Under the pieces are notes generated by a model, which was given only the letters and a program-made list of their open reading frames with translations, had not been told where the DNA came from and made no database searches. Shown here one piece after another: positions 18,087-27,716 of a DNA stretch of 64,000 bases. Source of the DNA: Candidatus Bathyarchaeia archaeon (GTDB lineage Archaea > Thermoproteota > CALKCG01 > B24); the NCBI GenBank assembly GCA_038870975.1, contig JAVZJD010000001.1, positions 70,184 through 134,183 on the forward strand, in the 5' to 3' direction. A program made the translations under genes and the position numbers. The stretch's first letter is position 1. Every line of letters starts with the position of its first letter.

Positions 18087-18843
18087 TATGAGCGGGGTTT
18101 GCGCCGCCGTACTATGCGGCGGTGTTGGCAGTAGGCTCAGACCTTTAACATACTACTTCCAGAAGGCTATGATACCTGTGGGCTCTAAACAGAAGCCTCT
18201 GCTTGAATACATAATCCTCTTACTGAGGAAGAACGGCGTTGAGAACGTTAACCTTCTCTGCGGTTACAAGTATCAGCAGATCGTAAACTATTTTGGAAGT
18301 GGCGAGAGGTTTAATGTAAAGATAAACTACATAGTAGATAAGAAGGGGTTTAGAGGAACCGGTTGGGCCATGGTGAACGCTTACGAGCAGGGATACTTCG
18401 ACGGATTTGGAAATATACTTGTATACTATGGAGACATATTAACTAATCTTAACATTAGAGACCTAATAAACTACCATGAAAATTCAAATTCTACAGCCAC
18501 AGTAGCAGTTTCTAGAGGATATAGGCTTCCAGTTGGAGTAGCCTACATAGAAGGGGCTAGAATAGTTAGATTTGAAGAGAAGCCCCTAATTAACATACCA
18601 GTCTGCATAGGGATTATGATCCTGAGAAGAGAAGCTTTCAAAATTATGGCTGAGGTATCTAGAAAATATATCAATGAAGAATACGACTTGATGGGGCATT
18701 TAATCCCCGAACTAACGAATAGAGGAAAACTTGTGTATGCATACGATACGGATGCATCATGGTATGACGTAGGTTCGACTGAAAAATACGAAAAACTCGA
18801 CAACAGTTTTGCGGATAGGCTTCTAGAGTTTTTGGAGAGATGA
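18064..18843 (+). CDS. sugar-1-phosphate nucleotidyltransferase (RmlA/GlmU N-terminal-like)
   Basis: LCGGVGSRLRPLTYYFQKAMIPV, the signature G-x-G-x-R-L-x-P-L-T motif. Confidence 0.75.
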   Translation: MVEKLIDSMSGVCAAVLCGGVGSRLRPLTYYFQKAMIPVGSKQKPLLEYIILLLRKNGVENVNLLCGYKYQQIVNYFGSGERFNVKINYIVDKKGFRGTGWAMVNAYEQGYFDGFGNILVYYGDILTNLNIRDLINYHENSNSTATVAVSRGYRLPVGVAYIEGARIVRFEEKPLINIPVCIGIMILRREAFKIMAEVSRKYINEEYDLMGHLIPELTNRGKLVYAYDTDASWYDVGSTEKYEKLDNSFADRLLEFLER

Positions 18844-18867
18844 CTAAAGAGACTATTAAACTACAAA

Positions 18868-19455
18868 CTACGGCTCTCGGTTTGAAGGTAGATTCTCTCT
18901 AATCCATACTGCTAGTTCTCTAAAGGCTTTAGCTCTATGAGAAAACCTATTCTTCTCCTCAGTAGACATTTCAGCAAAAGTTCTCCCATCTCCTTCTAAC
19001 GGCTGAAATATCGGGTCAAATCCGAACCCTCCGGAGCCTCTAGGCTCACTGGTTATTAATCCCTCCACTCTACCTTGGAAAACCTTGGCTGGTTTTCCAG
19101 GCTCAGCATATGCCACGACCGATAGGAAATAGGCATATCGGTCGCTTACACCATTCATAAGTCTTAGAACACCGTTTAAACCTATGGTTTTAAGTATGTA
19201 GGACGAGTATGGACCCGGGAAGCCGTTGAGACCCCTTATGAATAGACCAGCGTCCTCTACAACCACTTTAAAACCTAGACGGCCCGATAATTCCTTAGCG
19301 GCGTAAGAGGCTATGTCTTCTAAGCTATCAGACTGTATTTCAATCTTATCAGCCTCCAGCATGGTCAGTTTTAAACCTAGGCTTTCAAAGATAAGCTTGG
19401 CTTCTCTAAACTTCCCCTTATTTCTAGTAGCAAAGTAGAAGTCCATATCTCCCAC
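18868..19455 (-). CDS. non-canonical purine NTP pyrophosphatase (Ham1/RdgB/ITPase family)
   Basis: FATRNKGKFREAKLI… N-terminal motif, and C-terminal …FGFDPIFQP…. About 195 aa. Confidence 0.8.
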   Translation of the reverse strand: MGDMDFYFATRNKGKFREAKLIFESLGLKLTMLEADKIEIQSDSLEDIASYAAKELSGRLGFKVVVEDAGLFIRGLNGFPGPYSSYILKTIGLNGVLRLMNGVSDRYAYFLSVVAYAEPGKPAKVFQGRVEGLITSEPRGSGGFGFDPIFQPLEGDGRTFAEMSTEEKNRFSHRAKAFRELAVWIRENLPSNREP

Positions 19456-19689
19456 GCTCTTAATTGACTACGGGCTGAGTACATGATCCCCCAGTAGAGA
19501 TACTCGTATTTAAACCACCTATTCCCTATTCTAAAGAAGGTTAAATTTAACTTACCTTATTAAGTTGAGATTGTAGAGTTTAAAAACGGCATTAGATGGA
19601 AAAGCGGTTAGGGGATTATAGGATATTTAATATCCTAGATTAAACACTCGCTCCACTGAAATTAGAGTAACGTCTTAATTCGATGAGCT

Positions 19690-20757
19690 TTAGAAGCCTA
19701 GTGAATGGGATAAATCTAAAGAGTAAAGCGTCTGCTCATAGTATTTGGGACCATATGTTAAAGTTATCTGGTAGAACAACTCTTTTAGAGACTCTACTCT
19801 CTCAAGCCATCCTTCAACGTAAACCCTCTCGCCTTTAAAAGCCTGAAGTCTATATTCCTCCACATACGATACTATACGTTTTATGCCGTCTACTCTAAAG
19901 CCTTCCACTACGTCTTCAACTTCAACATCGTATACAGACGGCATGAAAGCCGCCTCATCGTCTCCGAGTATGGTTGCATAGGCTTTTAACCAGCCGAGTC
20001 TAACGATACTTCTTAGAGAACTATACTCGTTCGCGATTTCACCATAATCTTTAACAGGCTCAAACTCGACTTTGACAGGTCTAGCGTTTAACGGCTTATA
20101 AACGCCGTATATCAACTTCCTCTTTTGATGCGCTATGTATAGTTTGTAAGGGTAGTTTTTAAACTTCCATTTAAAACTTAAATCTTCAGATGGATGTTCA
20201 AACTCGTTGAATATAAAACCCCCTTTGTAGAGGGCTGCCAGACAGTCTCTAAGCTCTTTCAAATTCTTCAGCCCATATATGACGAAATCTAAATCTGAAA
20301 AATTTGGATGGTAGAATCCGAGGAGTAGGGAGCCGAAGACTCCAAAGTCCTCTAAATTCAACTTCGAAGAACACAGAATCATGTTGAGGACTTTCTCCAA
20401 TGCTGTTAAAAGCTCATCTTTCGAAGAATCTATCAGCCTAATTAAGGCATCCTTTGGAAGCCTAACCTCACCTATTCGGTTTTTAGGGACCCCTGGAAGG
20501 TATGCATTTAAAGGCCTATAGTAGACTCTATACTCTGGAAAACGCTTATTTATGAGTTTAAACGGTTCATCTCCGTAGAGTTTGTAGTGGGATATTTTGC
20601 TACGTCCTCTTGGAGCCCTGGGATTATTGGAACTGTAGAGATTTGAAGGCACATATTCAAGGTCGCACAAGTATCCGTCAGGTGGATGAGAATACCCCAA
20701 CACTCTAAATATTAAGCCGTTTGAACTTATGATATAATCTCTATCTCTTAGGCTCAT
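19690..20757 (-). CDS. pol-beta-superfamily nucleotidyltransferase, uncharacterised three-domain family (paralog B). Start taken at the internal Met (MSLRDRDYII…)
   Basis: NTase motif FGVFGSLLLGFYHPNFSDLDFVIYG (hG[GS]x9-13DhDh). N-terminal block NGLIFRVLGYSHPPDGYLCDLEYVP is paralogous to the upstream gene. Genes overlap by about 4 nt. Confidence 0.6.
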   Translation of the reverse strand: MSLRDRDYIISSNGLIFRVLGYSHPPDGYLCDLEYVPSNLYSSNNPRAPRGRSKISHYKLYGDEPFKLINKRFPEYRVYYRPLNAYLPGVPKNRIGEVRLPKDALIRLIDSSKDELLTALEKVLNMILCSSKLNLEDFGVFGSLLLGFYHPNFSDLDFVIYGLKNLKELRDCLAALYKGGFIFNEFEHPSEDLSFKWKFKNYPYKLYIAHQKRKLIYGVYKPLNARPVKVEFEPVKDYGEIANEYSSLRSIVRLGWLKAYATILGDDEAAFMPSVYDVEVEDVVEGFRVDGIKRIVSYVEEYRLQAFKGERVYVEGWLERVESLKELFYQITLTYGPKYYEQTLYSLDLSHSLGF

Positions 20758-20758
20758 T

Positions 20759-21781
20759 TTAGTACAACTTCCTAACTTGAATGTACTCGCCCGGTCTACC
20801 TGAGCCGACGACAACCCTATACTTTTCAATGTTGCTTGAAGTAGATATTTCCCTTTCCAATAGACCTCGAACTTCGAGTAAGTCTCCTTCGGATGCTAAA
20901 CCCCTATACGTACCATCCATGACGACAATATCCTTCGGCCTCATTTCAGGAGGCAATCTAGACTCTTCATTAACAGCTCGATAATCTGAAACCCTGTAGA
21001 TTGCTGGTCTGAAGAAGGATTCCTCAGCAGATTCAACCATGCATCTAAACCTTACAGTCTTTATAGGCATCCTACGGTATGCTCCATAAACGTCTTTTAT
21101 TTCATCAGACTTTCTAACAGCGTTGAAAACGACTTTGAAACCCTTGTAAGAGATTTTATTTTTACGGAGTCTATCGAACTCATTCTCATACATGTATTTC
21201 ATAACGTCTTTAGATACTAATCCACTCACGGTATTCCTCACTTTTCTAAAGTTTAATCCTCCGTAGATCGCTACGTCAACATCGGGTTTTTCAGACAGCA
21301 TATCTAAACAGAGAGAGCCATGTATACCAAAATTCTTCAATTCAATGTCGGAATTGGAGGAAATCAATTCAATCCATTCAACGGCCACATCCTCCACTGG
21401 AAGACGATTCTTTTTGCGTATAAGTCTAAATAGAGCATCCCTAGGTTTGAAAACACACTCTATTTTATCTTTAGGAACAGATGTTAAGACTTTAGAGTTG
21501 TATGGACATTCGTAGACGTAATGTGGGAAGTTTTCACTGAAAACCCTTAAGATCTCTTGAAGATTCTCAGGACTGTAAAGTTTAACTGGTCTCACATACA
21601 TCTCACTCTCATGCTTCCAAACCCACGGTAAAAACTCCATCTTAAATAAACTTTTAAAACGCTCCGGCACATACTTTAAATAGGCAATATAGCGATCATC
21701 AGGATGCTCATAACCGAAGACGTAGAAAATAAAGCCATCCTGAGTTTTAATGATATCTCCATCGACGAGTTTTTCAGACAT
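20759..21781 (-). CDS. pol-beta-superfamily nucleotidyltransferase, uncharacterised three-domain family (paralog A)
   Basis: NTase motif [25 protein letters not shown]-terminal block [25 protein letters not shown]. Confidence 0.6.
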   Translation of the reverse strand: MSEKLVDGDIIKTQDGFIFYVFGYEHPDDRYIAYLKYVPERFKSLFKMEFLPWVWKHESEMYVRPVKLYSPENLQEILRVFSENFPHYVYECPYNSKVLTSVPKDKIECVFKPRDALFRLIRKKNRLPVEDVAVEWIELISSNSDIELKNFGIHGSLCLDMLSEKPDVDVAIYGGLNFRKVRNTVSGLVSKDVMKYMYENEFDRLRKNKISYKGFKVVFNAVRKSDEIKDVYGAYRRMPIKTVRFRCMVESAEESFFRPAIYRVSDYRAVNEESRLPPEMRPKDIVVMDGTYRGLASEGDLLEVRGLLEREISTSSNIEKYRVVVGSGRPGEYIQVRKLY

Positions 21782-21899
21782 GGGTTAATCCAAACCTCTG
21801 AAATGCTCTTAGAAAAATCTAAGAGTAGAAGTTTAAAAAGGTTTAACCCATAAGCGAACTCAAAGATATATAAACTCACAATACATAGAAAGTTGCTGA

Positions 21900-22166
21900 A
21901 TGGTATACGAATCGCAGGCGTATTTAACATTAATACGTAATGTAGATAGAGGACTTAGAACTAGAACTTTGATAATAAAAGCTCTCAAAAGTGGATGTAC
22001 GAGTATTGGAGAAGTTTCAAAAACCACAGGGTTAAAGTACCAGACCATCTTGAAACATATTAAGAAGATGGAGGAAGAAGGTATTGTTGTTAAACGCGGA
22101 GAGAAACCTGTAAAATGGCTTCTGACGGATAGAGGACAGAGAAGTATTTTAATCTACGGAACTTAA
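21900..22166 (+). CDS. winged-helix (ArsR/MarR-like) transcription regulator, divergent from the NTase pair
   Basis: 88 aa. HTH …IGEVSKTTGLKYQTILKHIKKMEEEGIVV…. Confidence 0.6.
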   Translation: MVYESQAYLTLIRNVDRGLRTRTLIIKALKSGCTSIGEVSKTTGLKYQTILKHIKKMEEEGIVVKRGEKPVKWLLTDRGQRSILIYGT

Positions 22167-22179
22167 GGAGAATTTGTTT

Positions 22180-22445
22180 GTCAGGTAGCGGGGAGAGGCC
22201 GCTCCTCCCACCTCCTATAACCAACCCGAAGGCTGGTTATAGGCGTCATTTCTGCAGGTTTAAGCTAACCTTTCGGTTAGCCCGTTTCCAAGCCTTTCGA
22301 CTTGGAAACACCCTGCACGACCTATCTACTCAGTCTCACTCATTGGAATCTGTTACGCAACCTTGAGCCGTCCCGAAGGACGGTCAGGGGAGCGTAACAA
22401 ACTCCGTTGAGCAAGACTTTTCGATTTTAGACGACGCTACCTTTT
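22180..22445. ncRNA. GC-rich structured RNA of about 260 nt (strand undetermined; SRP/7S RNA is one candidate identity)
   Basis: A GC island in an AT-rich genome. Terminal helix GGTAGCG(22184-90)/CGCTACC(22434-40). Several perfect hairpins: AGCGG…CCGCT; TATAACCAacccgaaggcTGGTTATA; GCTAACCtttcGGTTAGC; GTTTCCAAG…CTTGGAAAC; CCGTCCcgaaGGACGG; GTTACGC…GCGTAAC. The overlapping 62-aa ORF is probably spurious. Confidence 0.45.
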
Positions 22446-22626
22446 GACCAAGCTTAGGGTCTTCTAATTATTCTTTTAAGATTAACTGACTATTTTTCTA
22501 AATAAATTAGTCTAGTAAACTGTAACTAGACCTAAAAAAGGTATAATGTATAAATTCATTAAATAAAAATTACTAAATTTAAAAAAGATGGAAAAAAGGT
22601 TTGAATTTCCCTTAAAGCACTGAGGT

Positions 22627-23730
22627 TTATGTTTTAAAGAACCGGCTTTGAAGCCTCTTCAGTGTTTCAACGATGCCTGTATATTCCAGTTCTTCCATGC
22701 CGAGTATTGCAGGAGCTATCGGTCCATTTCTCCTTATGAATTCAGCCATCTGGAGAGCTGTTCTTCTAGCGTGGTCGAAAGCCACGTCTTCAAATAAATC
22801 AGCAGGTCCTACGAGTCTGCCGCCTGAAAGCTGGAAGCCTAAAGCTACTACTCTAGGCGGTCCGTCGAAGAACGAGCACCTACTGTCCTTTAAGCCTACT
22901 GGCATCAGAGGACCGTAGTGGGAACCCCTCATCCAGCCAGCTACCATGTGCGGTGTGAAGAATGGTGCTAAAGCTTCACCTACTGCTGGAAGCCCATGCT
23001 GACATCTCACGATGCAAACCGGGTCGTCTTTACCTACGTATCTGCCAGCTATTAGAGAAAGCCTTGTAACACTGGCGACAGCGGCTATAAGCTTGTCGGA
23101 ATTTCTCCAGACCCTTTCAATCACATATCTGCCCGTTGTACCAATGAGCGCCAGTAGACTGTAGATTTCACTTGGAGTAGATAGGTCTATACATTCACCT
23201 TTCTGAACATCCATAACTCTAAATGTGAACCCGTCGTGCATGACAGGGTCTAGTATTAAGCCTGCCGTATTCCAAGGATCTGCGAAAATCTTGTAGAGTA
23301 TTAGGTTCCAAGCACCTGGCTCAGTCTTATCAGCGGCAAAAACAACTATCGGCTCACTTCTACGTTCCTCTATCTCCATTTCAGCTACTCCAGGCCCCAT
23401 GCCTTTGACGTTTCCAGAAAATGCTTCTGAAAGCAGGTCTTGACCAGCTGCGTAAAGCTTGAGAGGCCTTGAAACCTTTTCAGTAACTTCTTTAAAAGTA
23501 TCCCATGCTAAACCATGTATCTTGGGACTATTCTCCCCCTCTCTATGGGTCATTAGAAGTTCAAGGTCGTCTCCAGCGTTGAAGACGTAGTAGTCGATCA
23601 GTAGACCTTTTTCTTTAGCTTCCTGGAGCTTCTTCTTAGCAAGTTCTATTTGCTCTGAGTGGACAATGTGGTGGCCAGCTAAAGAACCAACGTCTGCTTT
23701 TATCAGGGATATAGTTATTTTGTCGGGCAT
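22627..23730 (-). CDS. fbp: bifunctional fructose-1,6-bisphosphate aldolase/phosphatase (archaeal class V FBPase)
   Basis: N-terminus MPDKITISLIKADVGSLAGHH… and about 367 aa match the family. Confidence 0.8.
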   Translation of the reverse strand: MPDKITISLIKADVGSLAGHHIVHSEQIELAKKKLQEAKEKGLLIDYYVFNAGDDLELLMTHREGENSPKIHGLAWDTFKEVTEKVSRPLKLYAAGQDLLSEAFSGNVKGMGPGVAEMEIEERRSEPIVVFAADKTEPGAWNLILYKIFADPWNTAGLILDPVMHDGFTFRVMDVQKGECIDLSTPSEIYSLLALIGTTGRYVIERVWRNSDKLIAAVASVTRLSLIAGRYVGKDDPVCIVRCQHGLPAVGEALAPFFTPHMVAGWMRGSHYGPLMPVGLKDSRCSFFDGPPRVVALGFQLSGGRLVGPADLFEDVAFDHARRTALQMAEFIRRNGPIAPAILGMEELEYTGIVETLKRLQSRFFKT

Positions 23731-23745
23731 AACTACCCCCTCAAC

Positions 23746-24462
23746 TTAAGGACCCCAAGCTCTCTTAAGTCTTTCGCTTTTAACCCCCTCAAGGTCCAAA
23801 ACAACAATTCCACCTCTAGCTGGAAGTGAGACGTTTAAAACATATGTAAACGCCACCCAAGTTTCAAGCCTAGTCGATTTATGTGCATGCCCATGGATCC
23901 ACACAAGAGGACGCGTCTCCCTGATAACACTCTCCATCCTCCTACAGCCCATTTCAGGCCAAACGTTTTCATTTTCACCTTCAAGCGTAACATATGTTGG
24001 AGCGTAGTGTGTCATTACTACGACGTATTCTCCTTTAACCTCTCTAAGCATCCTACTGATCTTTGAAAACCTAGATTCATACCGCCAGTATATGTCTTTG
24101 ATGTGTGTTCTCTGCCAAAACGTTGGGCGATCGAGTATGCCTCTTGAACCTATAAAATGAATATTCAAACCTTGAACGTTTACTTTTAGGCTTTCATCGT
24201 CCAGCCAAGTTATCTCTCCAACTTCCCTGTACTTATTTTCATAGCCTTCCCATTCCTCATTACCGAAGCAAGCTAGTAAAGGTGTTTTGGAGAAGACTCT
24301 AACGGTTTTTACAAGCTCAAAAAGCCTTTCATACCCGTTCCTATAGACTAGGTCTCCGGCAAGTAGCATAAGATCTATATTCGTCAGTTTTTGAAGAGAC
24401 TCTCTGAAAAGTGGAAGATACTTAGGCGTATGAACATCTGCAGTTAGAGCAAGCCTAACCAT
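23746..24462 (-). CDS. calcineurin-like metallophosphoesterase
   Basis: Motifs LTADVH, GDLVYRNG, GNEEW, …HGHAH. Confidence 0.7.
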   Translation of the reverse strand: MVRLALTADVHTPKYLPLFRESLQKLTNIDLMLLAGDLVYRNGYERLFELVKTVRVFSKTPLLACFGNEEWEGYENKYREVGEITWLDDESLKVNVQGLNIHFIGSRGILDRPTFWQRTHIKDIYWRYESRFSKISRMLREVKGEYVVVMTHYAPTYVTLEGENENVWPEMGCRRMESVIRETRPLVWIHGHAHKSTRLETWVAFTYVLNVSLPARGGIVVLDLEGVKSERLKRAWGP

Positions 24463-24549
24463 ACAACATACACCACTGTATTACGTGTAATTATAATAGT
24501 TTTCCTAGGTATTAGAGTTAAAACTTAAGTATCGACGTAAGCGTCTTCT

Positions 24550-25317
24550 ATGAAGATGGCATCTTTTAAAAGACCTCTAAAACTAGGTTTAACCGCCACA
24601 TTTACGGCTTTAACGACAGTAGCTACCATGGGTTTCACTATATACGTACCAGCTACGAAGGGATACTTCAACCTAGGGGAAGCAATGGTTTACACGACTG
24701 CTATTCTACTTGGGCCTTCCATAGGGGCTGTTGCTGGCGGCTTGGGGTCTATGCTCGCCGATTTAATACTAGGCTACCATATTTACGCTCTAGGAACCCT
24801 CATAATAAAAAGCATTGAGGGGTTTATAGTAGGTCTCCTCGCTCAAAGGCTTAAGTTTAAGGCATCAACATTGAAAGCTATGAGTATAGCGTTGCCAGCT
24901 TTTACAGGCTTAACCCTCGGAATCGTCGGCTCAACTGTATACACTGGTTTCACTGAGGCGTACTTTGGTCCACTTACATTGGTCAAAGGTGAGCTTTCAA
25001 TGATTGTATGGGCAGTTTTAGCATGCTTCATATTCATAGTAATGGCTGTATTGTCTCTTAAAGTAGAGCCGAGCTTAACTGTTTACGCAATCTCCATCTT
25101 CATCGGAGGCGCGGAAATGGTTATAGGCTACTACCTATATGAAAGTCTATTACTAGGCTACTACGCATTAGCGGAAGTTCCAGTAAACATCGGTCAAATG
25201 GTCATAGGATTAACCGTTGCGTTACCACTTATTAAAACCTTGAGTAGAGTAGAAGTTTTTACAAGTTTAAAGCTTTTAGATGGGAAAACGTACGTCAAAA
25301 CTGATGGTAGTAAGTAG
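24550..25317 (+). CDS. polytopic membrane protein, possibly an ECF-type S-component-like transporter
   Basis: About 7 TM helices, Gly-rich helices. No soluble domain. Confidence 0.3.
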   Translation: MKMASFKRPLKLGLTATFTALTTVATMGFTIYVPATKGYFNLGEAMVYTTAILLGPSIGAVAGGLGSMLADLILGYHIYALGTLIIKSIEGFIVGLLAQRLKFKASTLKAMSIALPAFTGLTLGIVGSTVYTGFTEAYFGPLTLVKGELSMIVWAVLACFIFIVMAVLSLKVEPSLTVYAISIFIGGAEMVIGYYLYESLLLGYYALAEVPVNIGQMVIGLTVALPLIKTLSRVEVFTSLKLLDGKTYVKTDGSK

Positions 25318-27712
25318 AACCGCCTATATGCTCTGCTTGAACCGGAGGAGGAGTAAATTCAAGCCTTTCTAAACCGTGCATCAATTTTAAATCCTCAGAG
25401 AAGACTTCCAACTCTTTCGGAGCATAAATAGTACCTTTTAATGGGGCACTTAATGGTATTCTAAGTCTCTTTTTAAGCTTCCAGATACTACTGTTGAATT
25501 CAACCAATATGGATGTAAGATTTATCAATTTATCATCAACGGGAGCTTTAGTAGGCATTTTCTCAAAGTGGACCGTTCCACCGTAGAGTTCCCTCCAAAG
25601 CACGTCAGTTATAAACGGACAAATGGGCGCTAGGAGCCTCAATACAGTTTTAAGAGTCGTATGAAGTGTGTACCATGCTGAGTGTTGCGCTTCAAGATCG
25701 AAAACTCCATTCTTATTGTAAGCTCTAGGTTTAACCGCCTCCAAGTAGTGATCTGCGAAAATATGCCATAGGAAGAACCTAATGCCATTACTGGCTTCAA
25801 AGAAGTCGAAGTTTTCAAAGTCTTTTAAACATATTTCCAGAAGTCTATTAACTTCTGCTAGAACCCATTGGTCGAGTGGTTCAAGCTTAACAGGTTTGTC
25901 AACCTGTGGAAAACACGATATGAACCTCGCCACATTCCAAAGCTTAGTGATGAAAAGCCATGCAGATTTAACCTTATCCTCAGAATACCTATAATCAGAC
26001 CCTAGCTTGACTTCTGAAGAAGCCCAGAATCGAAAAGCATCCGCCCCGTACTGTTCAATTACAGGCTCAGGGTCGACGACGTTCCCCTTAGACTTATGCA
26101 TAGCTTCACCTTTTTCATCCAATCCCATTCCAGATATTCTAACCCATGTGAAAGCGGGGCTACCTAACAGCTGATAAACTCTAAGAATAGTATAGTAGAG
26201 CCAGGTTCTAATTATTTCATAGCCTTGCGGTCTGAGAACTAGTTGGAAAACTTTCTTAAACATTTCATCATTTCTACCATACCACGATATATATAGTGGG
26301 CTTATGCTTGAGTCGATCCACGTGTCGAAAGTCCTCCACTCCCCTTCAAATTCCAAACTGCCGCAGTACTGACATCTTTCAAACGGAGGCTTCTCATTCC
26401 AAGGCTTATAGTATTTCCCCGGTTCCGGTAGATTCGGCTTACCACAATTCTTACAATACCATATTGGTATTTCAGTGGCGTAAAACCTCCTCCTAGAAAT
26501 GGGCCAATCTATTGAAATACTACTCACCCAGTCTAATAGCAGTTGTCTACCTCTTTCAGGGTAGAACTTCATCTTATCTATGATCTTCCTTATGTCGTCT
26601 AGGAAATCTAGTTGCTTTAGGTAATACTCTTTCACATATACGAACTCTATTGGGTCTTTAGAGCGCCAGCAAATCGGCGTTTTATGACGTATCGCTTCCA
26701 CCCTTTCAATCAAACCCATACTACGCAAGTCTTCGATGATCTTATTTCTGGCCTCTTTAACATAGAGACCAGCGTATTTTCCTGCGTTTTCATTCATTTT
26801 TCCATCTAAGTTAACGGCGATAATAGGCTTTAAGCCAAGCTCTCTAAATAATTGAATATCTGCTTTATCACCGTAGGAGCAAACCATTACAAGTCCAGAA
26901 CCGAATTCCGGTTTAGCGTAAGGATGTGGTAATATAGGGACTTCTCTCCCATTTATTGGGACTATTGCTGTTTTCCCCTCTAAATGCGTATACCTACTAT
27001 CTCCAGGATTATAGATGACTGCTGAGCAAGTACATAAAAGCTCCGGCCTCGTAGACGCAACGAGTATGGTTTCATCCGACCCCTTAACTCTGAACTTCAT
27101 ATACACGAGTAGTGCATTCACTTCCTCGTACTCTACTTCAGCATCAGCTATCGATGTCCTACATGAAGGACACCAGTTTACAGGATATTCAGCTTCATAG
27201 ATCAATCCCTTATGCCAGAGTTCGATGAAAGTAGCTTGAGTAAGCTTCCTATATTCTGGACTATCAGTTCGGTAGTAGTTTTCAAAGTCGCAGCTCAGAC
27301 CTAAACGTTTAGCTATATTTATGAGTTGAACTTCAACTTCATCTAAGAACATACGGCAAAGTTCTTCAAACTTCACTCTTTCAATTTCATGGGCTTTTAC
27401 TCCGTACTTTTTCTCAACTTGAACTTCAACTGGAAGACCATTTCTATCTACACCGAAGGGAAATAAAACCTCGTATCCCCTCATCCTAAGACTCCTGGCA
27501 ACCATATCTATCTGCGCGTAATGTGCAGCTCCACCTACGTGCCACTTACCCGAGGCATAGGGGGGCGGTGTATCTATGATAACTATGGGTTTGCCAGAAT
27601 TTGGATTGAAGCGATAAAGCCCATCTTTCTCCCAAAGCTCTAAAAGCTTAACTTCGTTTTTAGGAGCCCATCTTTTTTCTCCAATCTTTGGCCTGAAGCC
27701 TCCACTATGCAT
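25295..27712 (-). CDS. class-I aminoacyl-tRNA synthetase, LeuRS-like paralog with degenerate HIGH motif
   Basis: …PPPYASGKWHVGGAAHY… aligns to archaeal LeuRS P-Y-P-S-G-x-L-H-V-G-H-A-R-x-Y, but the second His is Gly. KMSKS-type motif AMHKSKGN is present. 805 aa, versus about 950 for canonical archaeal LeuRS. Lies 4 nt downstream of ileS. Confidence 0.6.
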   Translation of the reverse strand: MHSGGFRPKIGEKRWAPKNEVKLLELWEKDGLYRFNPNSGKPIVIIDTPPPYASGKWHVGGAAHYAQIDMVARSLRMRGYEVLFPFGVDRNGLPVEVQVEKKYGVKAHEIERVKFEELCRMFLDEVEVQLINIAKRLGLSCDFENYYRTDSPEYRKLTQATFIELWHKGLIYEAEYPVNWCPSCRTSIADAEVEYEEVNALLVYMKFRVKGSDETILVASTRPELLCTCSAVIYNPGDSRYTHLEGKTAIVPINGREVPILPHPYAKPEFGSGLVMVCSYGDKADIQLFRELGLKPIIAVNLDGKMNENAGKYAGLYVKEARNKIIEDLRSMGLIERVEAIRHKTPICWRSKDPIEFVYVKEYYLKQLDFLDDIRKIIDKMKFYPERGRQLLLDWVSSISIDWPISRRRFYATEIPIWYCKNCGKPNLPEPGKYYKPWNEKPPFERCQYCGSLEFEGEWRTFDTWIDSSISPLYISWYGRNDEMFKKVFQLVLRPQGYEIIRTWLYYTILRVYQLLGSPAFTWVRISGMGLDEKGEAMHKSKGNVVDPEPVIEQYGADAFRFWASSEVKLGSDYRYSEDKVKSAWLFITKLWNVARFISCFPQVDKPVKLEPLDQWVLAEVNRLLEICLKDFENFDFFEASNGIRFFLWHIFADHYLEAVKPRAYNKNGVFDLEAQHSAWYTLHTTLKTVLRLLAPICPFITDVLWRELYGGTVHFEKMPTKAPVDDKLINLTSILVEFNSSIWKLKKRLRIPLSAPLKGTIYAPKELEVFSEDLKLMHGLERLEFTPPPVQAEHIGGSTYYHQF

Positions 27713-27716
27713 TGTC

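Noticed and set aside
22178-22366. 62-aa ORF (MSGSGERPLLPPPITNPKAGYRRHF…)
   Set aside because: Lies entirely within the GC-rich structured RNA island. Composition is Pro/Arg-rich as expected from GC-rich RNA translated out of context.
22180-22445. RNase P RNA as the identity of the structured RNA
   Set aside because: I could not find the P4/CR-I (GGAAAGUCCGGGC-like) or CR-IV/CR-V motifs, nor the complementary P4 strand. SRP RNA or another RNA is more plausible.
25295-25317. 23-bp overlap between the 3' ends of the convergent membrane-protein gene and the LeuRS-like gene
   Set aside because: It is a convergent tail overlap, probably due to an over-extended ORF call. Not a functional feature.
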